Positions 21,236 to 35,300 of a stretch of 54,909 nt of DNA are shown in pieces. The stretch is from the NCBI RefSeq assembly GCF_001194135.2, contig NC_068981.1:109080998-109135906 (forward strand). Direction: 5' to 3'. Positions within the stretch are counted from its first letter, which is position 1, and every line of letters starts with the position of its first letter. The DNA comes from Octopus bimaculoides. Taxonomy: Eukaryota. A program made the position numbers and the translations under genes. The notes under the pieces are model-generated. The model was not told where the DNA came from, ran no database searches, and saw only the letters and a list, made by a program, of their open reading frames with translations.

Positions 21236-21760
21236 ATGCTCTTACTAGTAACTACTATGTTGTGTGCTCACCTGCCAGCCTGCTTGATATCCCACTGGCC
21301 GTTTTGGGTGCTTATAGTTTACATTATAGAGTTCTTACCAACTTCTTTTCTGCTCATCAAGCATGTCTGTTTTCTAGATGCCAACAAAGTTAAGCAATTT
21401 TTTTTCTGCAAAGTAAATTCTTTTATTTTTAATTTTCTTGATTCTTCTCATTTTTCTCTGATGTATGTTGTCAGCTCACAGGAGTTTCCACAGACCACTG
21501 GTCTTGAATTCCTTTATTATGGCCCAGAGAACAACTATAAATAGAAGTATAATTGATCCCTGATGAACACCTACCTGCATACTAAATTTCTCAATGAACT
21601 CATTAACTGCTACCATGCTTATGGCACCTCTATATTTGGCTTGCACAGCTCTCGCAAACCATTCATCTACATCTCTAGTGCGATACCTTGTAAAAAACCT
21701 CATCCAAATCAGCAAATACAAGACATAATGGTTTGCTCTTGATGAAAAACCTTTCCTGTA
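21236..21760 (-). mobile_element. Degenerate RTE LINE RT fragment
   Basis: DEWFARAVQAKYRGAISMV...QVGVHQGSIILLFIVVL...EFKTSGLWKLL matches the RT of the 28561 element. Confidence 0.75.
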
Positions 21761-22599
21761 GTCATCTCACTAAAAAGTAGGTATCGATAGTACATTCACT
21801 CGGCACAAAAGCAAAATGCATCTCATCTAAGCTGGTTCTCACCATAATAAACTATGCTATAACTCAGCTACATACATGACAGTCCATCAATTTGATTTTT
21901 TTTTTTTTTTGTTTCAAGGAAACAATTAACTGAAAAGACATTCTTGATCAATCTATTGCCTATTAAAGTCCACCAGTGAAAAAAAACATAGTTGCTGGAC
22001 TTATACATATCACCACTTCTTTCTAGGAATCATACAATACCTTCTGCTCCTGAACTCGTCTTGAGCAGGGAAACAGACAAAATGATTGTCTAAGATGAAT
22101 GCAGATTGGCAAATGAGCTCTGGAGGCTCTGGACGGGACTTGCATGACAACAGATCTTAAATGAGAGGAGCAGCAGTGATAATGTCAGATGACTTTCTTT
22201 CAAACCTTATCAGTGATCTTAAAAGGAACAAAAGCTCATGAAATCCACACTTACCTCAAACTGTCATCACTTTCAACCGAAGTTAAATCATCAATCTGTC
22301 TACAACACGAGAGACAATCTTTGAAGTATAGTTGTTTGATCATTTTGCCAAACATATGTTACAAGCTGGAGAAGAAAGGTATCTCCCCCAACAGTAATGA
22401 CACCATGGAGCCAGTGGTTAAGATGTGTTGACACCAAAAAATGTTTCCCAACTCCAACATAATTAACATACAAGAGATTGTGCAAAAACACAAATAGTTA
22501 TAGCAAAACTGGTTACAAACAGATATGCAGAAAACCTAGATTAATACAATACGGCTTTGTGCCAGGAAAGGGTACTCCTGATGTCCTCTTCCTAGAGAG

Positions 22600-23990
22600 A
22601 CAATTGAAAGTATTGAACTAGAAATTACTATACCTAGCATTTGACAACTGTGAGAAGGCCTTTGACAGAATTCCACCATTTGTAAGTAGGAGTAAATGAA
22701 TGGCTGGTATGGGCAAGACAATCCATGTACAGAGGTGCTATTAGCAACATCAAAGTTGGCTATGAGTACAGCGATGAATTTAGTATGCAAATTAGGAACC
22801 TACAAGAACTCAGCCAACCTCTACAAGCATGGAAAATCATCTAATTATAAAAGCACTTTGTCAAACACCTCGATAGTTCAGAATTGTGTCAAAAAGGAAT
22901 ATCCAACAGTAAAATGTCTTTAAACACTATAAGTATTACACTTCCTGAGTTCTAAAATTTACAAGTGAAGATTTCCTTATTCATGCAAGTAAAGTAAAAA
23001 AAAATTTTAAATTAAAGAAATTAACAATGGGGGAAAAACATCAACTCTGTCTTCAAAAGTTTACTCTGAATGTAAATTGTTCAACTATAATGAATTTTTT
23101 TCAAAACAATGAAACAAGTTTACCTTCAAGTAAACTCAGTAAAGACAAACATTCTAGCAAGTAGGAAAGCTTAAGGTAAATTTAGCAAAAACAAAGATTC
23201 TAGTAAATAAGGCAGGGGCCCTGGTATCTTCAAGGAAATGACTTTACTCGACATGAAGAAAAGGAGTAAGTATAAACTCTATATGCTGTACAAAATGTAA
23301 GTTATGGACATACAAGAGAGGTAGTGGAATCAAAGGCAAACTAGCAGAGAACATAAGCTTCATATGTGATGGATGCACTGAAGAAGTACATATTAATGAG
23401 CATACCAGAAATAGATGCTCTTGAATGCTGGGAGGGCTTACTAGAAGTAGTTGGTAGCTTATGCTACAGAGAAGATATAATTAGTAAGAGAAGTGGCCGC
23501 TCCAAAAACATAGTAGCCAACATGAGAATAAGTGGGAGAAAGTTCAGTGAACTAGTAATGCTGCTGACAACAAAGGTATTTTTCCATTGAGTGAAAGGCA
23601 GAGTATGATGCTTGTATTAGAGCTGCAAAGCTGCATGGTAGTGCGATAGATCCTTGAACACAGCAGACTTAAGAGTGGAAAGAAATGAAGTGAGCATGCT
23701 TCGTTGGATGTGCAATGTTTGAATGAACAGCACAGTATAATGTGCTAAGAGAAAAACAGAGCATAAGAAGAAACAGATGTGGTGTGCAAGAAAGAGGCCT
23801 GTCTTGGTATGGACATGTGATGCATACAGATGAAGTCAACTATTGTAAGTATTAATCACTAAATGTAGTTGGAACTTGTGGAAGAGAGACACCCAGGAAG
23901 ACATGAGGTGAAGTGGTGAAAGCTGATCTTGAAACCCTCAGCCTCTCAGAGGTGATGACTAAGGATTAGGATATCTGACGATATAAGGTT
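22600..23990 (+). mobile_element. Degenerate RTE LINE, RT to 3' end, with an AT-rich interruption
   Basis: LYLAFDNCEKAFDRIP, RKGVSINSICCTKCKLWTYK, LLEVVGSLCY and GRETPRKT-like motifs are collinear with the 28561 element. Confidence 0.75.
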
Positions 23991-24419
23991 CTTATTAAGA
24001 TCCTTTTATCCTTGCAAAACTGACATTGGTATCACTGTGTACATGAATATTATAAACAAATGAGTACCCTGCCTAATCTCCTCGAAACTCCCCCCCCCCC
24101 CNNNNNNNNNNNNNNNNNNNNNNNNNNNNNGCACCATCAACATCTCTCTCTCACGACTCCACCATCTTGAGACCATTCTATATTTCTTGCTACTTGGAAC
24201 CATTTCACTTGTTAGCCATTCTTCTATTATTGTTCTCCTCACTCACATTAGTGATTCATCCCATCCCACTGAACCACCAAATTAGCTCTCCTCATGCACT
24301 ACATTTGCCTCTATACCTACCACTCTTGTAGACTACCCATCTTTCTCTTATCCTCCCAGTAAGCTGTATCACTACTATCCAGCTCACTCTTCACCACTCC
24401 TCTACCTTCCTCAACTCCA

Positions 24420-24560
24420 GAACATGCTGTTAAGTTGTTGGTATTAAGAAGGGCATCCAGCCAAAGAAGCCATGCCAAGGCAAACACTGGAGTACAATGT
24501 GGTCTTTGGACCAATCAGACCCTGTCCAACCCATGTCAAATGGAACACCAACATTAAATA
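24420..24560 (+). mobile_element. RTE 3'UTR-derived fragment
   Basis: GTTGGTATTAAGAAGGGCATCCAGCC...GTCCAACCCATG is shared with the 3' ends at 30480, 40875 and 50580. Confidence 0.6.
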
Positions 24561-25127
24561 TTAAATCAAGAAAAAATAACCTAATAAAAAGTAGAAAGAT
24601 AATATACTAGTAAAAATTTTACCTATTTTGATTTTTATTGCTTGTACTTCATCTTTCTTTTATATCAAATACCTCTTTCAGTCAGTTTGTCTTGATTCTG
24701 AATAGTTTAATCTCAAATAAAAACTTGTTAATGTCTCGACACTATCAAGCAAATCTGTTATACCAGCTTTCAAAATTGGTTTTAATTGGATATTAACTGA
24801 ATGTCTTGGTCGATGATGATGAAGCAGTTTAAGTATACATACACATGCACATATACATACCTGTAGGGCATTTGACAAAATAACAAGAATAAACTTACAT
24901 TGACACATAAACATATGACTTGCTGACAATAACTCTGGCCACAGTAATGCATTCTACTAAAACTGCATTCATTTACTTTTCAGACCAAATTTCACACATT
25001 CATAAAGATAAAAAAGAAAAATCTATTCATGCTGAAAATATGAAAATATCTTTCAAGGAATAATATAAAAATACCCCTTGCACATACATAAATTCAATCT
25101 ATATTAAAAAAGAATGATTATAATGAG

Positions 25128-25138
25128 TTTATTTTATT
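25128..25138 (-). terminator. Candidate EDC4 polyadenylation signals (overlapping AATAAA pair; another at 24634-24639)
   Basis: AATAAA on the minus strand about 330 nt downstream of the stop codon. Motif only, in AT-rich DNA. Confidence 0.35.
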
Positions 25139-25250
25139 TGGTTTGGTTTTTTTTTCTATACATGAAGAAATGCAAATGCATTGGTGAGTGCATTATGTGA
25201 GAGAAACTGACTAAATTATCACAGCTGCAATTATGATCTGTTTGTATCAT

Positions 25251-25336
25251 GGATCAGCCAGTTAACAGTTACAATCTGTAACACGGATCAGCTAGTTGAC
25301 AGCCACAATCTGTTTTTACCAAGGATCAGCTACTTG
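25251..25336. repeat. Imperfect 34-38 bp tandem repeat in the EDC4 3'UTR
   Basis: GGATCAGC at 25251, 25285 and 25323; the first two units continue AGTT.ACAG..ACAATCTGT. Confidence 0.75.
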
Positions 25337-25466
25337 AACTTAAAAAATATAAATTTTAAAAAATGTCCAGATACACATCTGCAATCAGTGAGCAGACCTG
25401 ACAAATAGTGACCCAGGTTTACAGGTCGAAGAGCAAAAGAATGTGGAAAAGTTTGCAATTTAAGTT

Positions 25467-25647
25467 TTAGTTAAAATGTGCCTGAGCAAGCATGAGGAGT
25501 TTACTGATTGATCGGCGATCAGGAGAATTTGGATGTGATTGGATGAAATTGTTCAATTTAGGGATAAGGCCACTGAGCACACTTCTTTTGTGTTCATGAG
25601 TGATTGGGTTGGTTGTATCTAAGCTGACAATTGCCTCTTCTAAATAC
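25467..25647 (-). CDS. EDC4: EDC4 terminal exon R: YLEEAIVSLD...LLMLAQAHFN*
   Basis: ttacag|G acceptor; TAA stop at 25467-25469. Confidence 0.96.
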
Positions 25648-28600
25648 CTGTAAAATTAAAAAGGAGCTCTTCAGTAATAGATTTATATCAGTTTTAAGAG
25701 TTTTAACAGAGTAATTAAGTTATCTTACAGGTCATTCAAGTCCAATTTATAAGGTAATACCTTACAAGTCTTTCAATCAAACACACAATGTATTCAATCT
25801 TTCTCAAATAAGATTTATATTTAACAAACTAAATTTAATCTACCAATTCAGTAAAACCACAATTTTTACATCAGGAATTAGTTTTTGCTTTTTCTTATCT
25901 TTTATGGTCCTGAAAAAACAATACCTATAAACAATATAATATTACAAATATATACTGTAATATTATTCTCCTTACAATACAACTGAGTATGAATGGCCCT
26001 ATCTGTCTTACACAGAGACCTTTCAATGTAATTAGTAAAGCAAACATAACAAAATTATTTCTCCCAGCATTGTTTTAATTACATAGTTTCCTTACCAACA
26101 ACCAATTCACTTGTAAAATAGTTACCCCAAAATTTAAAAAAAAAAAACAAGCTGGTCGACTTTACTTTTCATCTTTTCAAGGTCAATAAAATAAGTACCA
26201 GTGGATCACTGAGGTTAATCCAATCAACTTATCACCTCCCCAAAAACGCTGGCCTTGTGCCAAAATTGGATACCAATATTTACATGTTCTGAAATGTTTA
26301 GATAATTACTACCGATTATGCCCCACTTTCTGATGTCAATGAGAAAGAACCTGTACGCTTGAACATTGGACAACAGTCAAAATTGATGCTCCACTGTTCT
26401 GTTCTGTCTTTAACTAGGGTTTTAAACATAATACAATTGCTAATCACTATATGAATAACAAAATCTGATAGCATCTGTTACCATAAATATATATCTATAT
26501 ATGTATATACTTGCTGGCCTAGTACCATCAAAAATAATGTCTGATTGTAGTATTTTATATATTAATAAGGAAAAAAGATAGAATACAGATGGTAATTCAA
26601 ATTAATACACTTGTCAATGTTATCTAGTAGTTGTCTTTTGAGATGTGACACTGATCATCATTTGTTGGTTCACACATACAAATATTCACATGCTTCCCTA
26701 GTACATGCACAGATACACACATATACACACAGAATTGAAATGCTGTTTGATTTTTTCATCATCCTATTACTAGCCTGCCATCACCCCTTCCTTCCTTATT
26801 CATATGTTGTGACGGAGAAAAACAAAAGAGTATTATTATAGTAGATATATATATAACTCTCACACACACACACACACACACACAAGCTTCTCTCAGTTTC
26901 CATCAATACATTCACAAGGCTTTGCTTGGCTTTACACTATAGTAGAAGACACTTGCCCAGGATGCCACAGAGTGGGACTGAACCAAGAGCCATGTGGTAG
27001 GGAAATAAACTTCTTATTACACAGCTATGCCTGTGCCTATATAAAAAGATGCACCTTTGAAATACAGCCATACCTGTGTTCTGAACAAGAAACGAATATC
27101 TGAAAGAACTTACTTTTGTTTCAATAGAGTGTGTGTTTCAATATCAGCTGATAGTTGCTGAATCAAAGATAGAAGAACAGGTTGTTGCAATGGGAAGGGA
27201 ATTTGTCCAAAGACTTGATCTGGATTAGCTTTCTCACAAGTAAGTATTACCAATTCTAGGTTAGCAGCAGACAAGGCCTAAAATAACAAAAAAATTTAAT
27301 TGAACAATGAAAGAATAATTAGAATGTTCAAGAGAAAACACTTATAAATTGAAACTATACATTCATTTGTATTAAATAAAGGGAATTACAACCCTTAGAT
27401 TATGAAGAATTACCAGAAACTATAATTTATTTCAACATCTTTTTTTTCTGAAAAAGTTAAAATATTCTACTTAAAATGAGTCTCACCTGTTGAAAAGCAG
27501 CATTAATCTGTCCCTGGTTTAAAAGTCGCAGTATCTGATTCTGTAATATGTGGACATCTTGAGTACCAGGCACTGGGGTCACAGCTCCCGAACGCATTGC
27601 GCTTAATACATTGTCACTAATGGTGTTTCCTTGGAGTCGCATGGCTTTGTTCACTTCATCCTTCACAACTTCTCGTACATGTTGAAGTAAAGTGTCTTTC
27701 AGTCTAAGTATAAAAGAGTAGGTTTTTAGCAATTATAATATAAGAGCAGCACTAGACAATCACTAAGCAACACATTTTCAATGTTTGAAAGCTTATGTAT
27801 TTAATTAATACCCAAAAGCCAAAACTGACTGAATCCACTTTGTTTTTATATGACTACAGATTTGGTGGGAATTGCTAATATTAACAGAATGTTCAGGATT
27901 GAATAGGATGTAATAATCCTAACCTGCTATACTGCAGCTTTCACCAAGATAAAGTAGAAGACAGTGGTCTGTGTAAACTGATGCAAATTGCAAGACTCTG
28001 TGAACATCAACACCTTGAACACACATTGTGGCCCCAGGATCCCATCATCCCAGGGCCCTGTCCAGTTGCAAAGCATTTTAAGACAGCAAACTGGCAGAAT
28101 CATTAGAACACTGAGTATATAATTTCACATTTATATTGTGAGAGGAAATATTTTGTAACAATTAAAAAAAAAATAGATATCTTACCCTTTCAATGACTGT
28201 GTAACAACAGTTTCTAGTTTTTTCTCCAAAACTGATAATAAATGAGTGTGTAGGTGTTCAGTTGAACCTTTGAACATCTCAACAGTTGATTGCAACTGAG
28301 AAACTACAGGATCCCAAACCTCCATCTGTCTTCGACGACCAACTTCTAAGTGTTGCTGAAGTTGAACCAAGTCTAAAAGAAAATAAAACAAGTTATCAAT
28401 AACGAATAGCCAAATAAAAATGTACAGTTTGCTAAATAGAAGCTGAATACATTCACTTATTGACTGATAAATGTGAAAAGAATACATCAAAATTCTATAG
28501 TGTTATAGTGTTTACATTCCTATATGTTCTGACCTGTTATACCATGAACCTTCAGTAAAAGCGCGTAGAGGGACCAGCTATCCAAATAGACAGCTCTCTT

Positions 28601-31600
28601 GTAGATAAAGCAATTAAGGGTATGAAGCCAGGAAAAGCCCCGACCCATCAGGAATCACTGCTGAGATGCTTAAAACATCTGGTGGTGTGAGCTATGGCCT
28701 AGTCACCCATATTGTAAACCAGGTAGTTCATGATGGACTCATACCCAATGACTGGCGTAGCAGCACCATAGTCAACTGCTACAAAGGTAACGGTGATGCT
28801 CTAGATAGAAATAACTACAGGGGTATCAAACTGCTGGATCAGGTGATGAAGGTCATGGAGAGTGTCATAGCCCATCTCATTAGGGAAAGAGTCTGCTTAG
28901 ATGAGATGCAGTTCAGTTTTGTGCAGGGTAGAAGCACTACTGATGCCATATTCCTGGTTCAACAACTGCAGGAGAAATACCGAGCTAAAGATTAACCCCT
29001 ATACTTAGCTTTTGTGGACTTGGAGAAAGCCTTTGACAGGGTCCCCCGATCCCTTATCTGGTGGGCGATGCAGAAACTGGGGATTGACGAATGGTTAATA
29101 AGGGCTGTACAGGTCCTATACAGAGAGGCCATTAGTAAGGTTAGGATTGGCAATGAGTATAATGAAGAATTCCAGGTAGAAGTAGGGGTCCACCAAGGTT
29201 CAGTCCTCGGTCCCCTTTTATTCATCATAGTCCTCCAGGCAATAACAGAGGAATTCAAGACGATTTGCCCCTGGGAGCTCCTCTATGCTGATGACCTGGC
29301 CCTCATAGCAGAATCACTACCAGAACTAGAAAAGAAATTTCGGGTGTGGAAGCAAGGTTTAGAATCAAAAGGCCTTAGAGTCAATGTAGCAAAGACCAAA
29401 GTTCTAGTAAGTAGGAAGGCGAACACATCACACCCTCAGGTAGGTGACCCTGCTCGATGTGTAGAAAAGGTATAGGTAGAAATTCCATAAGATGTACCCA
29501 GTGTAAGCTATGGACATATAAGAGTTGCAGCAACATCAAAGGAAGATTAACCGAGAAGATAGCTTTCGTGTGCAGCAGATGCACAGGGGCAATAAACACC
29601 ACAGATTCCATCACACTCCAAGGGGAGAAACTAGAAGTAGTTGATAGCTTCCGCTACTTAGGTGACCAAGTTAGTAGTGGGGGTGGATGCTCAGAGAGTT
29701 ACCACTAGAATAAGAATACCCTGGGCAAAGTTTAGAAAGCTTCTACCCCTACTGGCGACAAAGGGCCTCTCGCTCAGAGTGAAAGGTAGATTGTACGATG
29801 CATTTGTGCGAACTGCCATGCTTTACAGCAGTGAAACATGGGCCGTGACTGCAGAGGACATGTGTAGGCTTGAAAGAAATGAAGCTACTATGATCCACTG
29901 GATGTGTAATGTCAGTGTGCACACACAACATAGTGTAAGCGCCCTGAGAGAAATGTTGGACATAAGAAGCATAAGATGAGGCATGCAAGAGAGATGTTTG
30001 CACTGGTATGGTCATGTACTACGGATGGATGAGGAGAGATGTGTGAAGAAGTGCCACTCTCAAACAGTTGAATGAATCCGGAGTAGAGGTAGACTCAGGA
30101 AGACATGAGATGAGGTGGTCAAGCATGACTTTCGAACGTTGGGCCTCACAGAGGCAATGACGAAAGACCAAGACCTCTGGAGATATGCTGTGACTGCGAA
30201 GACCCAACAAATAAAGTGAGTTCACAGCTGTATCCTACACCAGTTTCACATAACCAGCCCCAGCCCATTCAAAAGTACCTTGGATCGTAAGGCAACCTGC
30301 TGTGCTTGAGGAGACCTATTGAGTCAAGTACATCAACATCAAGATGAAAATCAAATGGAAATTGTAGTTGTGATACCTGTGCTGGTGGCACATAAAAAGC
30401 ACCAACCAATCATGGCCATTGCCAGCCTCCTCTGGCCACTGTGCCGCTGGCACATAAAAAGCACCCACTACACTCTCGGAGTGGTTGGCATTAGGAAGGG
30501 CATCCAGCTGTAGAATCACTGCCAGATCAGACTGAAGCCTGGTGCAGCCTCCTGGATTCCCAGACCCCGGCTGAACCGTCCAACCCATGCTAGCATGGAA
30601 AACGGACGTTAAACAATGATGATGATGAATAAATAACAAACAGTATCTGATCTTTCCCCCACACACTTTTAGTCATTCCAAGAGATGATCAGTTTATTTA
30701 GCTATAAATGCTATCAATAGAAATTATGTTTAATAATATATAATCCCACATATAAGAGACACAGCATTCTAGAACTTATTAAAATAAAAAGAAAAGCATA
30801 CATTAGATGTCAGGAAATATGTCTCCACATACTCAACAATACTTTGATCAAGAGACATTTACATAGTCTACATTGAAATAAGAAACCTAACAGATTGAAG
30901 ACAATGTCAGAGTAAATTCTGAACATCCTTCTTCTCTGTCCACTATTTTTGGGAGGGGTGGCAGCAGGAGTAGAAACTTCAGGCACCATCATTAAGAATC
31001 CCAGCTGGATTCCTAAGCAAGACTAACAGAGACTGTGGATATTATCTAACCATCTCATTCTTGGTCTACTCCTAGATCTACTCCTAGATCTACTACCAAT
31101 TGACTTAGCTTGAAGAATCCCTCGTGTAATTCTTTCTGCAACATTCAAATATGTCCATAGTATCATACTTGTGAATTCTCAATATGGAGAAGTAACAGCA
31201 TGGCCTGAAGAAACTTCCTGCTGATTGATCTCCAAGCTATGCACCATATTGAGTAACATTACTCCAGAGATCCTTTAGAGGAACCCCATTACAGCTGCTT
31301 GTATTCACTATCATACTCTCTTGAAAATTTATCCCCAAAATTTACTTTAATTTATATATATATCTATATTTTTGGAAACGTAAATATACAAAAGGATTTT
31401 TAACCTATGTACAGCTTCCTGACCTCACAACAGCAAACACACATTATGTCAGAATTAATATGAGTACTGCTCATCAATGACATCTATTTGTAACAGTAAA
31501 CATCTGCAAACAAAAGCGTCCACATTGCAAGTACTTCAGTTAGACTGACCTTGTATTAATAAACAAATGCTGGTAAAGCTATAAGACATTTTCAACTATT

Positions 31601-32289
31601 CACTGTCACCTAAGTATTAGAAATTAAATTGAAACTTACCAAAACAGATTAGATATACAGATTAGACAGTACCAAAACATATCTATTACAAATAAGAACC
31701 TATAGATCTAAAGAAAATATGTTAGCTGTGAAATCAGTGTATATACTAACATATAACAACAAAGGTAACAGCTATATAACTATCCTGTGCAAATAGTTAT
31801 TCAAGAAGAGTTGTCTTGCAAAAGCAATTTAAAGAACAAGAGAATGATGCCATCACAACAGGATAAATATTAAAATACTGAAACAGAGATTTACATGTAA
31901 GTAAATGTGTCAGAAAAAATATCCATATCGTAGGTGGTCCCTTGATTTCAAGGAACACATAAAAAAAGTCTGTCCTCAGTGTACATTTATGGAAACTAAT
32001 TTACAGTGCCATCATTCTACAATGAGGGTCATTCTCTGACCAAATAGATGATGTCAAGGTCTTTATTTATGTATAGTGTAAGTCTGACATGAGGAATCTG
32101 TATTGCATGTGTGCAGAAGGTACAAGAGGAATGTTAGAAGTATTATTAAGCTCTGAGATAAACTAAAGTGGATGTAATGTGAGGAACAGATTTCCAATGA
32201 GTGATGCTGAAATGGAAACTTCCATCCCAAGGGACATTTTGCTACAAAGCTCTCTTTGACCATGTCTTGTAAGAAAAACTCTTTGCAAA

Positions 32290-32348
<59 letters not shown>

Positions 32349-35300
32349 GTTCTCAAGAGTGACAGTTCACTAGTGCAAGACATTGAAAAGCAAGTATGAT
32401 TTTATAGAAACCATACAGCTTAGTCATTGAGAAGAGAGGTACTCAAATTGATAAAGTATTTGATTGTTAACACCTGCCTCTGTTGTTTCTTTCCCATGAG
32501 GTCAAAAAGGCAGGCATAACCATTCTTAGGACTGGAGCAACATAACATAACTCCATAAATTGGGATAGATTTCTGAAAGATTGCAGATTTTGATGAGAAC
32601 AAAACTATAACAGGAATACACTGAAGTTAAATGACTTTCTGGGTTGGAATGATCACCAGCTTTACCCACATGTACTGAAATACTACAACAAAACAATAAA
32701 AATTAACTCAGCTAATCTAGTGTAGCTTATTGCAACTTACATTCTTTGGTTCCTTTTTGGAATGTGTCGTGTACTTGGTTATACATGTTTTGGGAGGTTC
32801 TTTCAAAATTAGGGATGACAATATTCTGGAATGATTCTCGATATGCTGTTTGAATGGGCACTTCAATTGCTGCCCCAACAGATGACCCAATAGCTTCAAT
32901 AGTTTGCTGAAATGTAAAGAAGTTTATAAATGGAAAATGATATGACTTCTAAAGATCAAAATAAAAAGATAGGAACATTTTCATAAGAGATAAAACAAAG
33001 ACAAACATGACAGAATTTGCAATATCTCCTTATAATGGTTTGTGGTTTCTATTTTCAAAGATCCTGAGGAAATTAGGCCATATGTGAAATACAATTCTCT
33101 GAATTAAAAATGGAATCAGTAAACCTAAGACTAATTACCTGTAAACATATACATTTTTCTCCTACAACACCATGATAGGAATAAGAGCTCTGCATTAGAA
33201 ATATAGATTTCAAGATGAATTAACCAAAGAATATCTATATATTCACAATAGGACAATGAAGATATTGGAAAATGAAACCAGGACTGCCATTTTGTTGGCA
33301 AACAATCTTTACTAAAAATGAAGCTATTCAATAAATATGCACTGCTCCTCAAATTTATATTTGAGAGATTTTTGCTATGATTACAACTTAATAGAATGCA
33401 GGCAAATACTCACTCTATTCCGAACAAGCTTGGCAAGATTTTCTTTAAGAATAGCATCAGAAGCAGATAATTTCTGGGCCACCTCTCTTGTCAAATCCAT
33501 CTTGATAGATTCCAAAGACTGCATCATGGCTAATAATTAAGAAACAAAGAAAAAAGGAAATGTGTTAATTCTCAAAATTGAAGTCAATCCTCACCAAATT
33601 CTAAAACTTGTTACATCTGCTTCTATTCTGGTTAACATCAACCAACTATTTTAAATCCATTTCTAATTTCAATTCTTTTGGAAATTGGTGCTCTTGATTC
33701 CTAGCTGCCTCTATAGCTCAATTCAATCTTTGTCAAAATTACAACTGTACATCTGATCAAATTATGAACTATTCTACCTTCATAGACTGTTTCACATCTA
33801 AAGAGTTAAGCTCCTTTTATATAGACAGAAAAACATTACTATCTCTTTTATCTGAATATCCACAATTTTGTTAATAAAGTATCTGAACAAATAAAGACAA
33901 ATAAATCTGATTGTTTAATTAATGCAGTTGGAATTCAATCTCATTTCTCAACAATGAAGAAAATGGGACTCTTTGAATCCCATTAGATCACATTGAAATT
34001 ATTTCTTTTAGAAGAAAAAAGTGTAACCAATTAGCTAAGTGAAAATTAGTGCAATAAGAGTAACTCTAGGATAAATTTTTAAAAGGATTTTAAAATTTGT
34101 AGAAAGAGATTGAACAAAAAAATCTGGATAAGCTCTTTAATAAAGTATTGTTGTTTAAATATCAGTATGTAAATTTCTTAGACAAATTTTAATTTCTAAT
34201 CAAAATTTCAATTGTGTGTTTAACTCTCTCTCTCTCTGCCTTCTTGCAAACTTCAAGTCTCCAAACTCATGCATTTTCTGAAGATGATCATAGACAATAA
34301 TCTTTAATCATTAATCTATAGCCAGCGTCCACCATCGTTATCCACTATAATGCATTCATTCAAAACTACCTGGATCGGAAAATGAAAACATACTCACTTG
34401 GAAGAACGTTATTTTTCATCTCACTTTTAACCATCATTTCAAGGTTTTTCCTTAGAGTTGTGTCCACAGCTTGCCAAAGAGTATTAACTAGTGCTTCATG
34501 CTTTTTATCATACGACTGAGTTTCATTCAAAATCTCCTGGTATCTTTGGTCTGAATAGTTAAGGGAAACTAGATTTCATTGATTCAAGTCTTTGGTTCTT
34601 TTTTAGTCAAGAAGTAGCAGATCTTAAAATACCATCAAGATTATTTTAAATGCAATGTCTAAATAATGTGATAGTCAAAAACTTAATGTATTATGCACTT
34701 TTTTTTTATAAATGGTTCTTAGCTGAAAGAACAAACAGCATCTTCAATCTCTAGAGTCCGAGACATGTTAAATCAATGCCTTTGATGTTTTTGAGTGACT
34801 AGAAGTCAACAACTAAAGAAAAATATGGGCAAACAGGAAATTCCAGCAAATGGCATTCTATGCAGGAAGAATTGAGCAAAACAATTAGTATGGCAGCAAG
34901 GAGGGAATAGACAAGATGAACTGCAAATTGGCAGTCATTGGAGAGTCAGACAGAATACTTGGCAGGATTTATCCAACTGTTTGTGTTCTGAGTTGAAATC
35001 CCATTATAGCACACTGGAGTAGTAGACTTAACCTTATACCACCACCTAGCATGTGGGCACCTTTAGTGGAATTGACTATAGTAAACATTCAGTCCCAAGT
35101 CTCCTGTTAGAAGATACTTTCCTTTTCCACTCCCTCTCAAGAATCATGTTGGTCCAACAAAGGGCCATGGACACTGCTTTTTCCCTCTGACTAACAGTAA
35201 ATAAAGTTGGGGAGAGATAAGTTGGATGGGCCTGACTGGTGATGGCATGAGACCAGCTAACTCAGAAGAATAAATTCATATAGTATTGGTAGAAAATAGT

